64,000 nucleotides of DNA from a virus (Duplodnaviria > Heunggongvirae > Uroviricota > Caudoviricetes), in the IMG/VR virus record IMGVR_UViG_3300042890_002891, positions 130,831 to 194,830 of that record. The stretch is one strand, 5' to 3'. Each line of letters begins with the position of its first letter. Position 1 is the stretch's first letter. Positions 54,588-62,783 of the stretch are shown here, piece by piece. A program made the translations under genes and the position numbers. The notes under the pieces were generated by a model that was not told the origin of the DNA, did no database searches, and was given only the letters and a program-made list of their open reading frames with translations.

Positions 54588-54826
54588 TTTGATTTCTCCT
54601 TGATGATGACTATATTCATGCCTTGAGCCACAGCCTGTTCCAGTTTGGCACTGTAGCTCTCAGCGTCGAATTCTATGATCTGATACTGTTGTCCTGATAG
54701 CCAGTCTTCCATGCACTGATCCTGAAGAAATATCGGATCATGTTCTGAACTACCTGCTGCCACCAGCGCCTCGTGCCAAGTGTACTGTGTGAGTGTTCGA
54801 CCCGGGGCTACAAAGTTCTGTATCAT
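54584..54826 (-). CDS. Hypothetical protein
   Basis: Directly after the promoter at 54833-54861. Confidence 0.55.
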   Translation of the reverse strand: MIQNFVAPGRTLTQYTWHEALVAAGSSEHDPIFLQDQCMEDWLSGQQYQIIEFDAESYSAKLEQAVAQGMNIVIIKEKSK

Positions 54827-54832
54827 AGTGTA

Positions 54833-54861
54833 ATTATACACTATGCGCGGTCACTTGTCAA
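54833..54861 (-). promoter_or_regulatory. Consensus sigma70 promoter
   Basis: TTGACA-17 nt-TATAAT. Confidence 0.8.
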
Positions 54862-54863
54862 TA

Positions 54864-55079
54864 TTATTGGATGACAATATGACGACGTTGCCAAGAATCC
54901 CATATAACAGTAAGATCCCATTCTTCCACCCAACTCAGTTGAAACAGGCCCAGAGCCTGATAGTCAGGCAGGGTCAATCGATTGTCAACAATACGGGCTC
55001 GGGCGGCAGGATTGTTTTTTATCCAAGATTTGAATTTGGCATCTGACGCATCGCCGCGATATAGGATAATGTATTGCAC
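54864..55079 (-). CDS. Hypothetical protein
   Basis: Probable GTG start after TAAATA at 55109. Confidence 0.5.
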   Translation of the reverse strand: MQYIILYRGDASDAKFKSWIKNNPAARARIVDNRLTLPDYQALGLFQLSWVEEWDLTVIWDSWQRRHIVIQ

Positions 55080-55116
55080 AAGGTTGATGTGGAACAGTAT
55101 CCACAAAATATTTAGC

Positions 55117-55141
55117 CAAAAGAAAAGGCTCCAGGGAGCCT
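55117..55141 (-). terminator. Rho-independent terminator
   Basis: AGGCTC-CCTG-GAGCCT followed by TTTCTTTT on minus strand. Confidence 0.6.
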
Positions 55142-55164
55142 CTGTCTTGCAGGATCTGCTGCTG

Positions 55165-55500
55165 TTAGGCAGGAATGTCTGCTGTGGCTGGAGCCTTGGC
55201 ACTAGCAACACGAGTTGCCTTGACCTTGATCTCGCCCTTCTTGGCCACCTTGGATTTCTCGGCCAGTTTGTTTGCTACTGCAAAGCCAGCATCACCGATG
55301 GTGATACCCAAAGTCTGCAGGTGTTGCAGAGCTTCCAACTTGGTCATTGCCTTGGGCAATTCCATCAAGTTGATGTTGGTGCAGTTGTTCTTGTTAAGAA
55401 TCTTGATACGTGCTACCAAGTCATTTGCAAAACGGACCTTGACGGTGCCATCTGCATTGGTTGCGGTGCCTGCTACGGTAAAAGTTTTTTCTGTTGCCAT
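55165..55500 (-). CDS. Hypothetical basic protein
   Basis: MATEKTFTVAG...KVRFAND. Confidence 0.7.
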   Translation of the reverse strand: MATEKTFTVAGTATNADGTVKVRFANDLVARIKILNKNNCTNINLMELPKAMTKLEALQHLQTLGITIGDAGFAVANKLAEKSKVAKKGEIKVKATRVASAKAPATADIPA

Positions 55501-55551
55501 TATAAAGTTGCCTTTCAAAGTTTAAAAATGCTGTTCTGCACAGCTGACCTA

Positions 55552-55580
55552 ATTGTAACAAAAAGAGTGATCAGTGTCAA
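55552..55580 (-). promoter_or_regulatory. Sigma70 promoter
   Basis: TTGACA-17 nt-TACAAT. Confidence 0.7.
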
Positions 55581-55633
55581 CCTTTTTGTTGCAATAGATT
55601 GGGTTGAGTTTACCGAATTGGTAAACTGTTTGT

Positions 55634-55762
55634 TCATTTTGCCATTTCCTGCGAAGTTTGTTTGATGGTGCTCACACCCTGATCTGCTAAACGAGCCAGA
55701 CCACTGAAGCCAATTGTGCTGACCACAATGCCCAGTACAAATCCAATTATGATTTTGGTCAT
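55634..55762 (-). CDS. Small membrane protein (42 aa)
   Basis: Hand-translated MTKIIIGFVLGIVVSTIGFSG... Confidence 0.55.
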   Translation of the reverse strand: MTKIIIGFVLGIVVSTIGFSGLARLADQGVSTIKQTSQEMAK

Positions 55763-55763
55763 G

Positions 55764-56051
55764 TTATGCGTACTCCCCAACCTTGGTCAACATGTTGGCA
55801 GGCACTTTCCACAAGCCACTGACTGAACGTACTGTGACATACTTGATAGCAATCTTCATGACCACACCGGTCACATTCTTTCCTAGCTTGGTGCTGTCAA
55901 AGTTCACGTTGTCGCCAACTGCAAGACTTCGCTTGGTTGACTGGCCCAGTTGCGCACGAGCAAATTTCACAGCGTCAATCATTGAACTGAGTTCTGTGTT
56001 GGTCCAGGTGCCACTGATGATAGCTGAGTTGATGTCTTGAATAGTCTTCAT
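55764..56051 (-). CDS. Early hypothetical protein (SH3-like C-terminus)
   Basis: Follows promoter repeat A; GGAG RBS. Confidence 0.65.
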   Translation of the reverse strand: MKTIQDINSAIISGTWTNTELSSMIDAVKFARAQLGQSTKRSLAVGDNVNFDSTKLGKNVTGVVMKIAIKYVTVRSVSGLWKVPANMLTKVGEYA

Positions 56052-56060
56052 ATCTTGCTC

Positions 56061-56113
56061 CGGTTTGTTGCTGTATGTGTGTATTATAGCATTTGGGTGA
56101 ATATTGGGCAACC
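56061..56113 (-). promoter_or_regulatory. Early promoter repeat A
   Basis: GGTTGCCC-AATATTCACCCAAATGC-TATAAT-ACACACATACAGCAACAAACCGGA. Confidence 0.85.
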
Positions 56114-56520
56114 TATTTTGTCAACTCATATGGTTGGTTCCAGGCACCCACATTCACGTCAACATACCAGCCTACATCAAAGTAGTCGGATTGGATGTCG
56201 CTGCGGTCATGATTTCCAACGTTCATTGCAGCAAAGATTTCTTTGAAGAAGCTCAGTGCCCGACCGTCAAAGTGTTCCTGGTACCAGTAGGGATTCACAT
56301 CCAGGGACTTCACAGCAGGGTTGCCGTTGCGGAATCCGCCGGGCTGTGCTGCCACGGTGCTGTTGTAGTTGCCAATGAAGTCAATGGCACCACTCTTGAT
56401 ATTCAGCACAAAACTAGAATGATTGCGTACTGCAAGCGAACCCTTGACCTTGTACTTTTTCAGGATGGCCTTGATAGCCGGTGCTAGTTGTGCTTTGCGT
56501 TCTTGATTGAAGTATGCCAT
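56113..56520 (-). CDS. Early hypothetical protein
   Basis: Between promoter repeats B and A; ends DYFDVGWYVDVNVG. Confidence 0.7.
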   Translation of the reverse strand: MAYFNQERKAQLAPAIKAILKKYKVKGSLAVRNHSSFVLNIKSGAIDFIGNYNSTVAAQPGGFRNGNPAVKSLDVNPYWYQEHFDGRALSFFKEIFAAMNVGNHDRSDIQSDYFDVGWYVDVNVGAWNQPYELTK

Positions 56521-56530
56521 TTTGGGTTCC

Positions 56531-56581
56531 TTGTTGCTGTGTATGTGTGTATTATAGCATTTCGGTGAATATTGGTCAACC
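56531..56581 (-). promoter_or_regulatory. Early promoter repeat B
   Basis: GGTTGACC-AATATTCACCGAAATGC-TATAAT-ACACACATACACAGCAACAA. Confidence 0.88.
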
Positions 56582-56583
56582 GA

Positions 56584-56862
56584 TCACATGCTCCAGTAAG
56601 TTTCTGAAGAAGGAGAGCAAAAGTAAGGTGTGTTCACGTCCTCTTGGAACTCTTGACCACTCATCAAGTTCTTGCGAGTGACCTGGCGTGGCTTGTAGGT
56701 CTGAGTGTTTACCACGTCCAGTTCATCAACTGTGTAACCTGCTTTGCGGCAAACACGAGTTCGGGTAGCACAGGCCGATCCAAACGTCTTGTAGGCACGG
56801 GTACGATTTGGGCCATCTGACACAATAAGTCCAGTAGCCTTGGCAATAATGTAGTAACTCAT
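56584..56862 (-). CDS. Early hypothetical protein (ends CSPSSETYWSM)
   Basis: Between promoter repeats C and B. Confidence 0.7.
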   Translation of the reverse strand: MSYYIIAKATGLIVSDGPNRTRAYKTFGSACATRTRVCRKAGYTVDELDVVNTQTYKPRQVTRKNLMSGQEFQEDVNTPYFCSPSSETYWSM

Positions 56863-56874
56863 TTCGTATTCCTT

Positions 56875-56923
56875 TTTGCTGTGTATGTGTGTATTATAGC
56901 ATTTCGGTGAATATTGGTCAACC
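56875..56923 (-). promoter_or_regulatory. Early promoter repeat C
   Basis: Identical to B across the -35 to +15 core. Confidence 0.88.
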
Positions 56924-56937
56924 GAAAAGTTCACAGT

Positions 56938-57201
56938 TTATTCGTGCTTTACGCCCAGTGCCTGCACTGTTTTCACACCGTCTGCTGTGAGATAAAGTAC
57001 ACGATTGCGGGTAGCAGTGACAACAAATATTGCTCCTTCAGTGCCGTCGCCCCATGTGTCAAATCTCACAGCAGGGTCCTTGAGCAAGGTAGTTATGGCC
57101 ATCTTGCGGGCACGTTCGCCTTCGTTGTAGGTGCCGTTGCATCCGCACATGCAGCCTGGTCGGCCTGCGTAGGAACGAATAGTTTGATTGACTGTAAGCA
57201 T
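56938..57201 (-). CDS. Early hypothetical protein (CMCGC motif)
   Basis: Between promoter repeats D and C. Confidence 0.7.
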   Translation of the reverse strand: MLTVNQTIRSYAGRPGCMCGCNGTYNEGERARKMAITTLLKDPAVRFDTWGDGTEGAIFVVTATRNRVLYLTADGVKTVQALGVKHE

Positions 57202-57212
57202 TGTGACTCCTA

Positions 57213-57261
57213 TTTGCTGTGTATGTGTGTATTATAGCAGTTCGGGCATTAATGGTCAACC
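57213..57261 (-). promoter_or_regulatory. Early promoter repeat D
   Basis: GGTTGACC-ATTAATGCCCGAACTGC-TATAAT-ACACACATACACAGCAAA. Confidence 0.88.
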
Positions 57262-57264
57262 AAA

Positions 57265-57687
57265 TTATTCAATGGCTCGCCGCATGAGCATTTCCTGGCG
57301 TGCAAAGGCATCTTGTTCCCAGGGCTGGTCCAGATAGCTTGTTTTTTTGGTGTAACGGCGTCCCATCCAGAGCTTGGCCTCACGGGGCAGATATTTCAAC
57401 TGACCCTTGGCCAACTGACGCACATGCACCATTTCATGAGCCAGAGTTGTGGCCATGTTTATTAGCGAGCTTTTGCTCAGTCTCCGGGGCTGCTTGATTA
57501 ACACCAAGTAGCAGTCCGCCACGTCTATGTACATGGTTGCACCTTCCATGCCGTCTGGAACATCAGGAGTGATTTTTACCAACAAAGCTCGACGGCTACG
57601 ACCCAGGCCCAATTGGCCAATCATGGAAGGCATAAGGCTGCTCAAAAACTCACGAGCTTTTGCAGGGCCTTCGAAAGCATGTTCCAT
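57265..57687 (-). CDS. HExxH Zn-metallopeptidase-like protein
   Basis: TLAHEMVHVRQ...PWEQDA. Confidence 0.7.
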   Translation of the reverse strand: MEHAFEGPAKAREFLSSLMPSMIGQLGLGRSRRALLVKITPDVPDGMEGATMYIDVADCYLVLIKQPRRLSKSSLINMATTLAHEMVHVRQLAKGQLKYLPREAKLWMGRRYTKKTSYLDQPWEQDAFARQEMLMRRAIE

Positions 57688-57697
57688 TCTGTGTCCT

Positions 57698-57744
57698 TTG
57701 TTGCTGTGTGTGTATTATAGCACTTCGGGCATTATTGGTCAACC
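57698..57744 (-). promoter_or_regulatory. Early promoter repeat E
   Basis: GGTTGACC-AATAATGCCCGAAGTGC-TATAAT-ACACACACAGCAACAA. Confidence 0.88.
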
Positions 57745-58157
57745 AGCTCGACCGAATTCCACAACTGTTCAGTTGGCACATGGTGCTGAGCATATCCTTC
57801 CAGCACCATGTTCATGTAACCGGCACTGGGAGGGGAGTCAGATCGCCCGGGCTGCATACTGTAGCAAACGGCTTGAACAATTCTTGATTCTATACTCACT
57901 CTCAAACTATCCCGGCCATAGTAGGTGGGGTAACCTTCCAGTATGTCCAGGCTGTCGAGATCTCGGTCGGTGATTCTCCATAACACTCCATCCACATAAC
58001 TGCCAGCACATGGCACTACATCCGCATGAACAGCAAATCTAAAAGCATGGTCAATCAGTCGAGCATGGCCCAGGGCAAAAGCATCCGGGCATCGAAAGGA
58101 CATTTCAATATGATTGGTATTCATGCCGTAGGCAAAATACAGTTGAGAATTGTTCAT
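57732..58157 (-). CDS. Gamma-glutamylcyclotransferase (AIG2-like)
   Basis: YFAYGMN...GVLW...LDILEGYP..Y. Confidence 0.82.
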   Translation of the reverse strand: MNNSQLYFAYGMNTNHIEMSFRCPDAFALGHARLIDHAFRFAVHADVVPCAGSYVDGVLWRITDRDLDSLDILEGYPTYYGRDSLRVSIESRIVQAVCYSMQPGRSDSPPSAGYMNMVLEGYAQHHVPTEQLWNSVELVDQ

Positions 58158-58381
58158 GCTCGTGATTTCTTTGCTAGGCCAAATTCCTTGGCAAGATAGT
58201 AGTCAATCAGTCTGCGTTGGATCATGGTCAGTAAATCGCCTTCACGGTCATCGGACATGAATCGCACAGGACAATGTCCCCAGGTACGGTCTCGTTGAAA
58301 TTCTGCAAACCACTGACGGTGTAGTTTGTTGTGAGCGTCAAACACTGTCCAAGGACGACCGTTGAATATTAGTGTACTCAT
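58154..58381 (-). CDS. Hypothetical protein
   Basis: ATGA overlap with the GGCT gene. Confidence 0.6.
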   Translation of the reverse strand: MSTLIFNGRPWTVFDAHNKLHRQWFAEFQRDRTWGHCPVRFMSDDREGDLLTMIQRRLIDYYLAKEFGLAKKSRA

Positions 58382-58453
58382 AATTATTTCTCTATGTTGA
58401 TAATTAAATGTTTAAAATAATCAAAATGCTGTGTCAATGGCCAGGTAATTTGG

Positions 58454-59446
58454 TCAAGTAAATTCAAACAGAGACGGATTGCCCATTTGTATTGTTTTGG
58501 ATTTTTTCTTAGTAGGTTCAATTATTTCTGGCACCGATAGTTGTTGGATAAAATCAGCAATTCGATCCTGTGCAAACTGTCGGTATTCTGTGTCGATGTC
58601 AAACCCAATATATTCTAAGCCACATTTAACTGCGGCAACGGCACTAGTTCCGGATCCCATAAACGGATCAACCAACACTCCGCTGCTAATCCCACTAAAT
58701 TTGATACATTGTTCAATTAATGCCACTGGGTAAGTTGCAGGGTGACTTCCTCGATGTTTTTCTCTGTTGGCAATAGTATCATATGGAACAAACCAAGAAT
58801 TACCCCGACATCTACTATCTGCTTTGGGCTTTTGATTTGCAATTTTGTTGGCAATTTCAATATCAAAATTTTCTTTTTGTCCAGTGGTGGCGTTTTTATT
58901 ATAGTCTTTGATATCTTTGAACCCTAACTTTTTAGCCAAGCGGCCTTTGATACGTCCGGTGTTGTCAATATTACAGTCCCACATGTAAGGAACACCCACT
59001 GCTAATTTGTCACAAGGCACTGCTCCTGCCTTAGTAAAATGAAACAGATGTTCCCATGTTGGATTAGCAAAACGATCACTATTGATGGGCTTGAAATGTC
59101 CGGTAGTAACATCGTTGATTGTAATGCTCTTGACCCAGGTAAAGTTATTTTGCAAAACAAAATGTTCCCGGGCAACCTGTGCTACATCCATACCGACCCA
59201 GGGATCAATATTACTGTAACCAACGTTGAGCCAAAAATGTCCATCGTCTTTGAGACAATGCTTTACTGCCTCAAATACTTTGCCCAACCAATCAAGATAT
59301 TCCTGGCGCGGCTTATTGTCTTTGTAGGTTCCGTAAGCAATACCTAAGTTATAAGGTGGCGACGTAGCAACAATGTCTACACTGTGCGGAGGCAATGCCA
59401 ACATGCCCTCCACACAATCTTGTAAGTGAATTATATTTGTTTGCAT
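58454..59446 (-). CDS. Beta-class N4-C/N6-A DNA methyltransferase
   Basis: Motif IV TSPPYN precedes motif I VDPFMGSGT; HPATYP. Confidence 0.9.
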   Translation of the reverse strand: MQTNIIHLQDCVEGMLALPPHSVDIVATSPPYNLGIAYGTYKDNKPRQEYLDWLGKVFEAVKHCLKDDGHFWLNVGYSNIDPWVGMDVAQVAREHFVLQNNFTWVKSITINDVTTGHFKPINSDRFANPTWEHLFHFTKAGAVPCDKLAVGVPYMWDCNIDNTGRIKGRLAKKLGFKDIKDYNKNATTGQKENFDIEIANKIANQKPKADSRCRGNSWFVPYDTIANREKHRGSHPATYPVALIEQCIKFSGISSGVLVDPFMGSGTSAVAAVKCGLEYIGFDIDTEYRQFAQDRIADFIQQLSVPEIIEPTKKKSKTIQMGNPSLFEFT

Positions 59447-59450
59447 AATT

Positions 59451-60026
59451 TTATTTATAGACAGCTTCCATCAATGCTGACACATATGTTGCATCTTTGC
59501 CTGTCTTTGTTTTATTACTTAATTTTCCAATAATTGGAATAAGATTGTCCATGTCTTTGACTTTAAATTTTAATGTACTAAAGTTACTAGTTGTTCCCGG
59601 GGCAGTCCAATTACTTTCGCATTGAGAAAGATCAGTTATCATAGCAAACTGGCTAACAATCTTTCCTTGTTCTGTTAATTCGAAACGCATAAGAAGATGC
59701 CACGGTGTCTTGCTATACCCGTTCCCGGTCCAACTATCTCCGCTACCAAATGTAATCTTACCTTCAAAAGGAATACTACCATATAGATAGTCTTGACCTT
59801 TACCTTCTGAGACAACAAATTCTGGAATGATTGCTTTTACATGTCTAGCAAAAATACTATCTAGTATAGGAGCTACCATTTTAGTTTTTTCTTGTGTTTG
59901 GCGACCTTCAAAATACTTGTTAAAAGTTTGTTCAACAAGTTGTTCAAACAACGGAAGTTTAATATCATTCCATTCTTGGACGACATTAGGGATAACCGTT
60001 TTAATAGCATCAGCGAGCTTGTTCAT
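59451..60026 (-). CDS. Putative type II restriction endonuclease (PD-(D/E)xK)
   Basis: GQDYLYGSIPFEGKIT D...ExK pattern; 4 nt from the MTase; same AT-rich composition. Confidence 0.5.
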   Translation of the reverse strand: MNKLADAIKTVIPNVVQEWNDIKLPLFEQLVEQTFNKYFEGRQTQEKTKMVAPILDSIFARHVKAIIPEFVVSEGKGQDYLYGSIPFEGKITFGSGDSWTGNGYSKTPWHLLMRFELTEQGKIVSQFAMITDLSQCESNWTAPGTTSNFSTLKFKVKDMDNLIPIIGKLSNKTKTGKDATYVSALMEAVYK

Positions 60027-60037
60027 ATTATTATCTT

Positions 60038-60223
60038 TTAATCTATGTAAACACTGAAACGAACGGCATCACGTTTCAAACAATACAAACGCATGGTATC
60101 ACGACGTGGGCCGCGAAAACGAATTCGAAGTTGCTTGCTTTGTAGTTTGGCAAGAGTTCTAAAAATTGGGCGAAGTATTTCGAGTTGTTCAATAGGAAGA
60201 TTGCTTTCAACTGCTTTAATCAT
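60038..60223 (-). CDS. Early hypothetical protein (IRFRGPR motif)
   Basis: Directly after promoter repeat F. Confidence 0.6.
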   Translation of the reverse strand: MIKAVESNLPIEQLEILRPIFRTLAKLQSKQLRIRFRGPRRDTMRLYCLKRDAVRFSVYID

Positions 60224-60230
60224 ATCTTAC

Positions 60231-60285
60231 TCCGGTTTGTTGCGGTATGTGTGCATTATAGCACTCTGGGCAATAATGGTCAACC
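60231..60285 (-). promoter_or_regulatory. Early promoter repeat F
   Basis: GGTTGACC-ATTATTGCCCAGAGTGC-TATAAT-GCACACATACCGCAACAAACCGGA. Confidence 0.85.
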
Positions 60286-60286
60286 A

Positions 60287-60625
60287 CTAGGTGATTGCTA
60301 TGCGACCAGGTCCCTGGCGATCACTGTAGTACTTTTGACCTATACGTCTTATGGTGTCTGCTGCTGTCTGCGGATCAGCGTCAAACATGTCTCGAACATC
60401 ATCTTCTGTAATGCCGGGGGTGGCAGTGATTATGTAGATTTCGTAGTGGCGGTGGCTGTTGAAACGAGCCCGCAATGTCCAGTGCATGAGTTTGGGAAAG
60501 GCTGGCGGCTGGTCGCCTTTGAGCAAGGCAAAGGTAGTGTCTGCAGGGTACGGAACTGCCTGCACTGCTTCTAGACCATTGCAGTCCCACATCACAGCAA
60601 AGATGCCCTTACGGTCGTCGCTCAT
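60287..60625 (-). CDS. Early hypothetical protein
   Basis: Between promoter repeats G and F. Confidence 0.65.
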   Translation of the reverse strand: MSDDRKGIFAVMWDCNGLEAVQAVPYPADTTFALLKGDQPPAFPKLMHWTLRARFNSHRHYEIYIITATPGITEDDVRDMFDADPQTAADTIRRIGQKYYSDRQGPGRIAIT

Positions 60626-60640
60626 TGATCTGCTCCGGTG

Positions 60641-60686
60641 TTTGTCATATGCTCGATTATAGCATACGGGCAAATAAAGGTCAATC
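60641..60686 (-). promoter_or_regulatory. Early promoter repeat G (degenerate)
   Basis: TTGACC-TTTATTTGCCCGTATGC-TATAAT. Confidence 0.75.
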
Positions 60687-60953
60687 AGTTTCTGCGGGTG
60701 GTGTTCCGCGACTCTGGTCCAGGTCCTGGAACAGTCGCTTTTCTTGCTGGGTTAACTCTTTGAAAGTTTTACGGGGGTTGCCACACATCACACACTTTGG
60801 CTTGCCACAATCCATGGCATGACGTTTGGCAAACTTGTGTGGCTCGTCAACTGGTAGACCAAATCCTTTGGCAATTCGGGTCTGCTTTTTTACAGCATTG
60901 TCATCTTTGAGCCTTCTGCGGCTGTGGTCAAATTTGTCTTGTTCTGTGCTCAT
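60681..60953 (-). CDS. Hypothetical protein with CxxxxCxxC motif
   Basis: HAMDCGKPKCVMCGNPRK. Confidence 0.65.
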   Translation of the reverse strand: MSTEQDKFDHSRRRLKDDNAVKKQTRIAKGFGLPVDEPHKFAKRHAMDCGKPKCVMCGNPRKTFKELTQQEKRLFQDLDQSRGTPPAETD

Positions 60954-60954
60954 G

Positions 60955-61191
60955 TTATTGCCATTGTAGAGTGAATGCAAACAGATCGCGTTCGGTGTCA
61001 AAATAGAAAATATAGTGCCACTGATCATCACCTGAACCCACCAGTTCCCATCGCCAGTCGTGTAGTAGTTCAGTTCTGCACCAGTTCAGCATGCGATCCA
61101 GTGTGCCCAGCTTTTTGTTGATCTCACAGGAGTACTCAAAGCTCTTGCGCTCACGACTCTCTGTTACTGGTCCTGTTAGTTCAACTTGCAT
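60955..61191 (-). CDS. FxL(K/R)W-family small protein, copy 7
   Basis: WCRTEL...WRW...FYFDTERDLFAFTLQWQ. Confidence 0.65.
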   Translation of the reverse strand: MQVELTGPVTESRERKSFEYSCEINKKLGTLDRMLNWCRTELLHDWRWELVGSGDDQWHYIFYFDTERDLFAFTLQWQ

Positions 61192-61206
61192 TACAATTAA
61201 TTATGT

Positions 61207-61434
61207 TCATGTCCACTTGAGCTGGTAAAATGTGGCCAACACAGGATTCACAAAATCAAAATACGCCACTCGTACCACAGGATACAAGTCGTTGGGATCC
61301 TGTAATCTCACCCAGGACCATTCAAAATCCTGCCCCGGAATCAGCCCATCTTGCACCAGCTGATACTTGAGCCTGATTGCATCATCAGCTGTGGCATTTT
61401 TTATAGTGACCCTGTTTAGGGACGGCTCAGCCAT
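61207..61434 (-). CDS. FxL(K/R)W-like small protein, copy 8
   Basis: YFDFVNPVLATFYQLKWT. Confidence 0.6.
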   Translation of the reverse strand: MAEPSLNRVTIKNATADDAIRLKYQLVQDGLIPGQDFEWSWVRLQDPNDLYPVVRVAYFDFVNPVLATFYQLKWT

Positions 61435-61658
61435 TCTTTTCGAATCAGTTTGTCACAGCGGGTCCAGTCACGTTCATAGAAAATACGATTGTCAGTGATG
61501 TCAAAGTGATTGCAAAAACTCTGTCCATAACGTATGTTTTGTAGGGCCTCAAATGTGTGATTGCGTTGCCAGTCTAGATAGCTGTCTAGATCAATCGAGT
61601 TGGGTTCTGCACTGGATTCGTGACGTTGTAACAGTTGCTGAGCCATTTGAGTGAACAT
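61416..61658 (-). CDS. Hypothetical protein
   Basis: RYGQSFCNHF motif. Confidence 0.6.
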   Translation of the reverse strand: MFTQMAQQLLQRHESSAEPNSIDLDSYLDWQRNHTFEALQNIRYGQSFCNHFDITDNRIFYERDWTRCDKLIRKEWLSRP

Positions 61659-61697
61659 TGATTCCTTTGAGTTGTTGAACGGTCGGCAGTGTCTGGA

Positions 61698-62405
61698 TCA
61701 GTCCCAGAGTGCCTGATAGTACTTGCCAAATAATCTAAAGCCATTTTGGATGCGCTTTTCTACCACTTGCATACCCTCATAGTCACACTGGTAGGTGTCC
61801 TTGGGGCCTTTGCCCATCTGGTAATACTTGTGTTCGCCCTTGGGCACTTGATTGCCGTCAGCATCTACGGGAATCCATGTTATATCATGATCTCCTGAAC
61901 GGAAAGCCTCTTCCCAGGAGTCATCTACCTTGCACTCAAATGCAAAGATCATTTCGTCCATGACCCAGTCCCACCGAGCAAAGTGATTGCCATCTGTGTC
62001 CCAGTCGTTTTCTTTGGCCGGTGCTGCGGTGCTGCGCAGGTTTTCAGGCACATCCTCATCGTCCACATGTGGACTACCATGCTTGACCGCCTTGAGTTGT
62101 TTGAGCATGGGCAAGATGACAGGGCTTAGAGTCGAATCCATGCTCCAGGTGTCATAGTGATCAATCTTGATGTAGTTGATAGGCGGATGCACACGATCCA
62201 ACACCCACATGATACCTTTACTGACAGGTTCTAGTCGATCACTCCAGCGTTCCACCCAGTCGGGATGCTCAATATATTTTGTGTCAAGTCCAAGAATGCG
62301 TTTGTCCCGACTGCACTTTGACCAGTCAGTCCAAAAAAACGCATAGTCCAAGATTGTGTAAGGTGAGATCCAGTGACTACGATATTTCGAAATATACACT
62401 TTCAT
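61698..62405 (-). CDS. Phage hypothetical protein
   Basis: MKVYISKY...IDHYDTWSMD...LFGKYYQALWD. Confidence 0.7.
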   Translation of the reverse strand: MKVYISKYRSHWISPYTILDYAFFWTDWSKCSRDKRILGLDTKYIEHPDWVERWSDRLEPVSKGIMWVLDRVHPPINYIKIDHYDTWSMDSTLSPVILPMLKQLKAVKHGSPHVDDEDVPENLRSTAAPAKENDWDTDGNHFARWDWVMDEMIFAFECKVDDSWEEAFRSGDHDITWIPVDADGNQVPKGEHKYYQMGKGPKDTYQCDYEGMQVVEKRIQNGFRLFGKYYQALWD

Positions 62406-62581
62406 ATGTCGCTCCAAGCAATGTATCCGCCATTGGTCATGCTCCAAGGACAGTATTTTTCCCACAGTGCAGCAGCTTCTGCACCGGCCGTGGCTCGCAT
62501 GGCCTGATCCAGCGCAGGGCGAGCAACGTATCCTGCATGACCCCAGTCATGTGTTTTCAACAAAGTTTCAAGTTCAGTCAT
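62402..62581 (-). CDS. Small hypothetical protein
   Basis: LLKTHDW; AAGG RBS; ATGA overlap. Confidence 0.55.
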   Translation of the reverse strand: MTELETLLKTHDWGHAGYVARPALDQAMRATAGAEAAALWEKYCPWSMTNGGYIAWSDI

Positions 62582-62588
62582 AAGTTCC

Positions 62589-62783
62589 TTACCAGTTTGA
62601 GACATCAGTAATGTCTGCTTCAAAATCACGTGCCGCTTCAGTCTTGTGTAACGTGGCGCGATGGCTGGTTCCAATGCCGTTGTCGTGACTCTCACGTATG
62701 GTCACACCGTGAATACTCAAGTCCAGAGCAAAAAATGTTGCCAGCTGTTGCACTTGTTCTCGAGTCAGGGACAATTCTGTCAT
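62589..62783 (-). CDS. Small hypothetical protein
   Basis: ATGA overlap with upstream gene. Confidence 0.55.
   Translation of the reverse strand: MTELSLTREQVQQLATFFALDLSIHGVTIRESHDNGIGTSHRATLHKTEAARDFEADITDVSNW

Noticed and set aside
56061-57744. Regularly recurring ~50-nt repeats as a CRISPR array
   Set aside because: The intervals are 290-440 nt protein-coding genes, not 30-40 nt spacers; the repeats are -35/-10 promoters and no cas genes are present.
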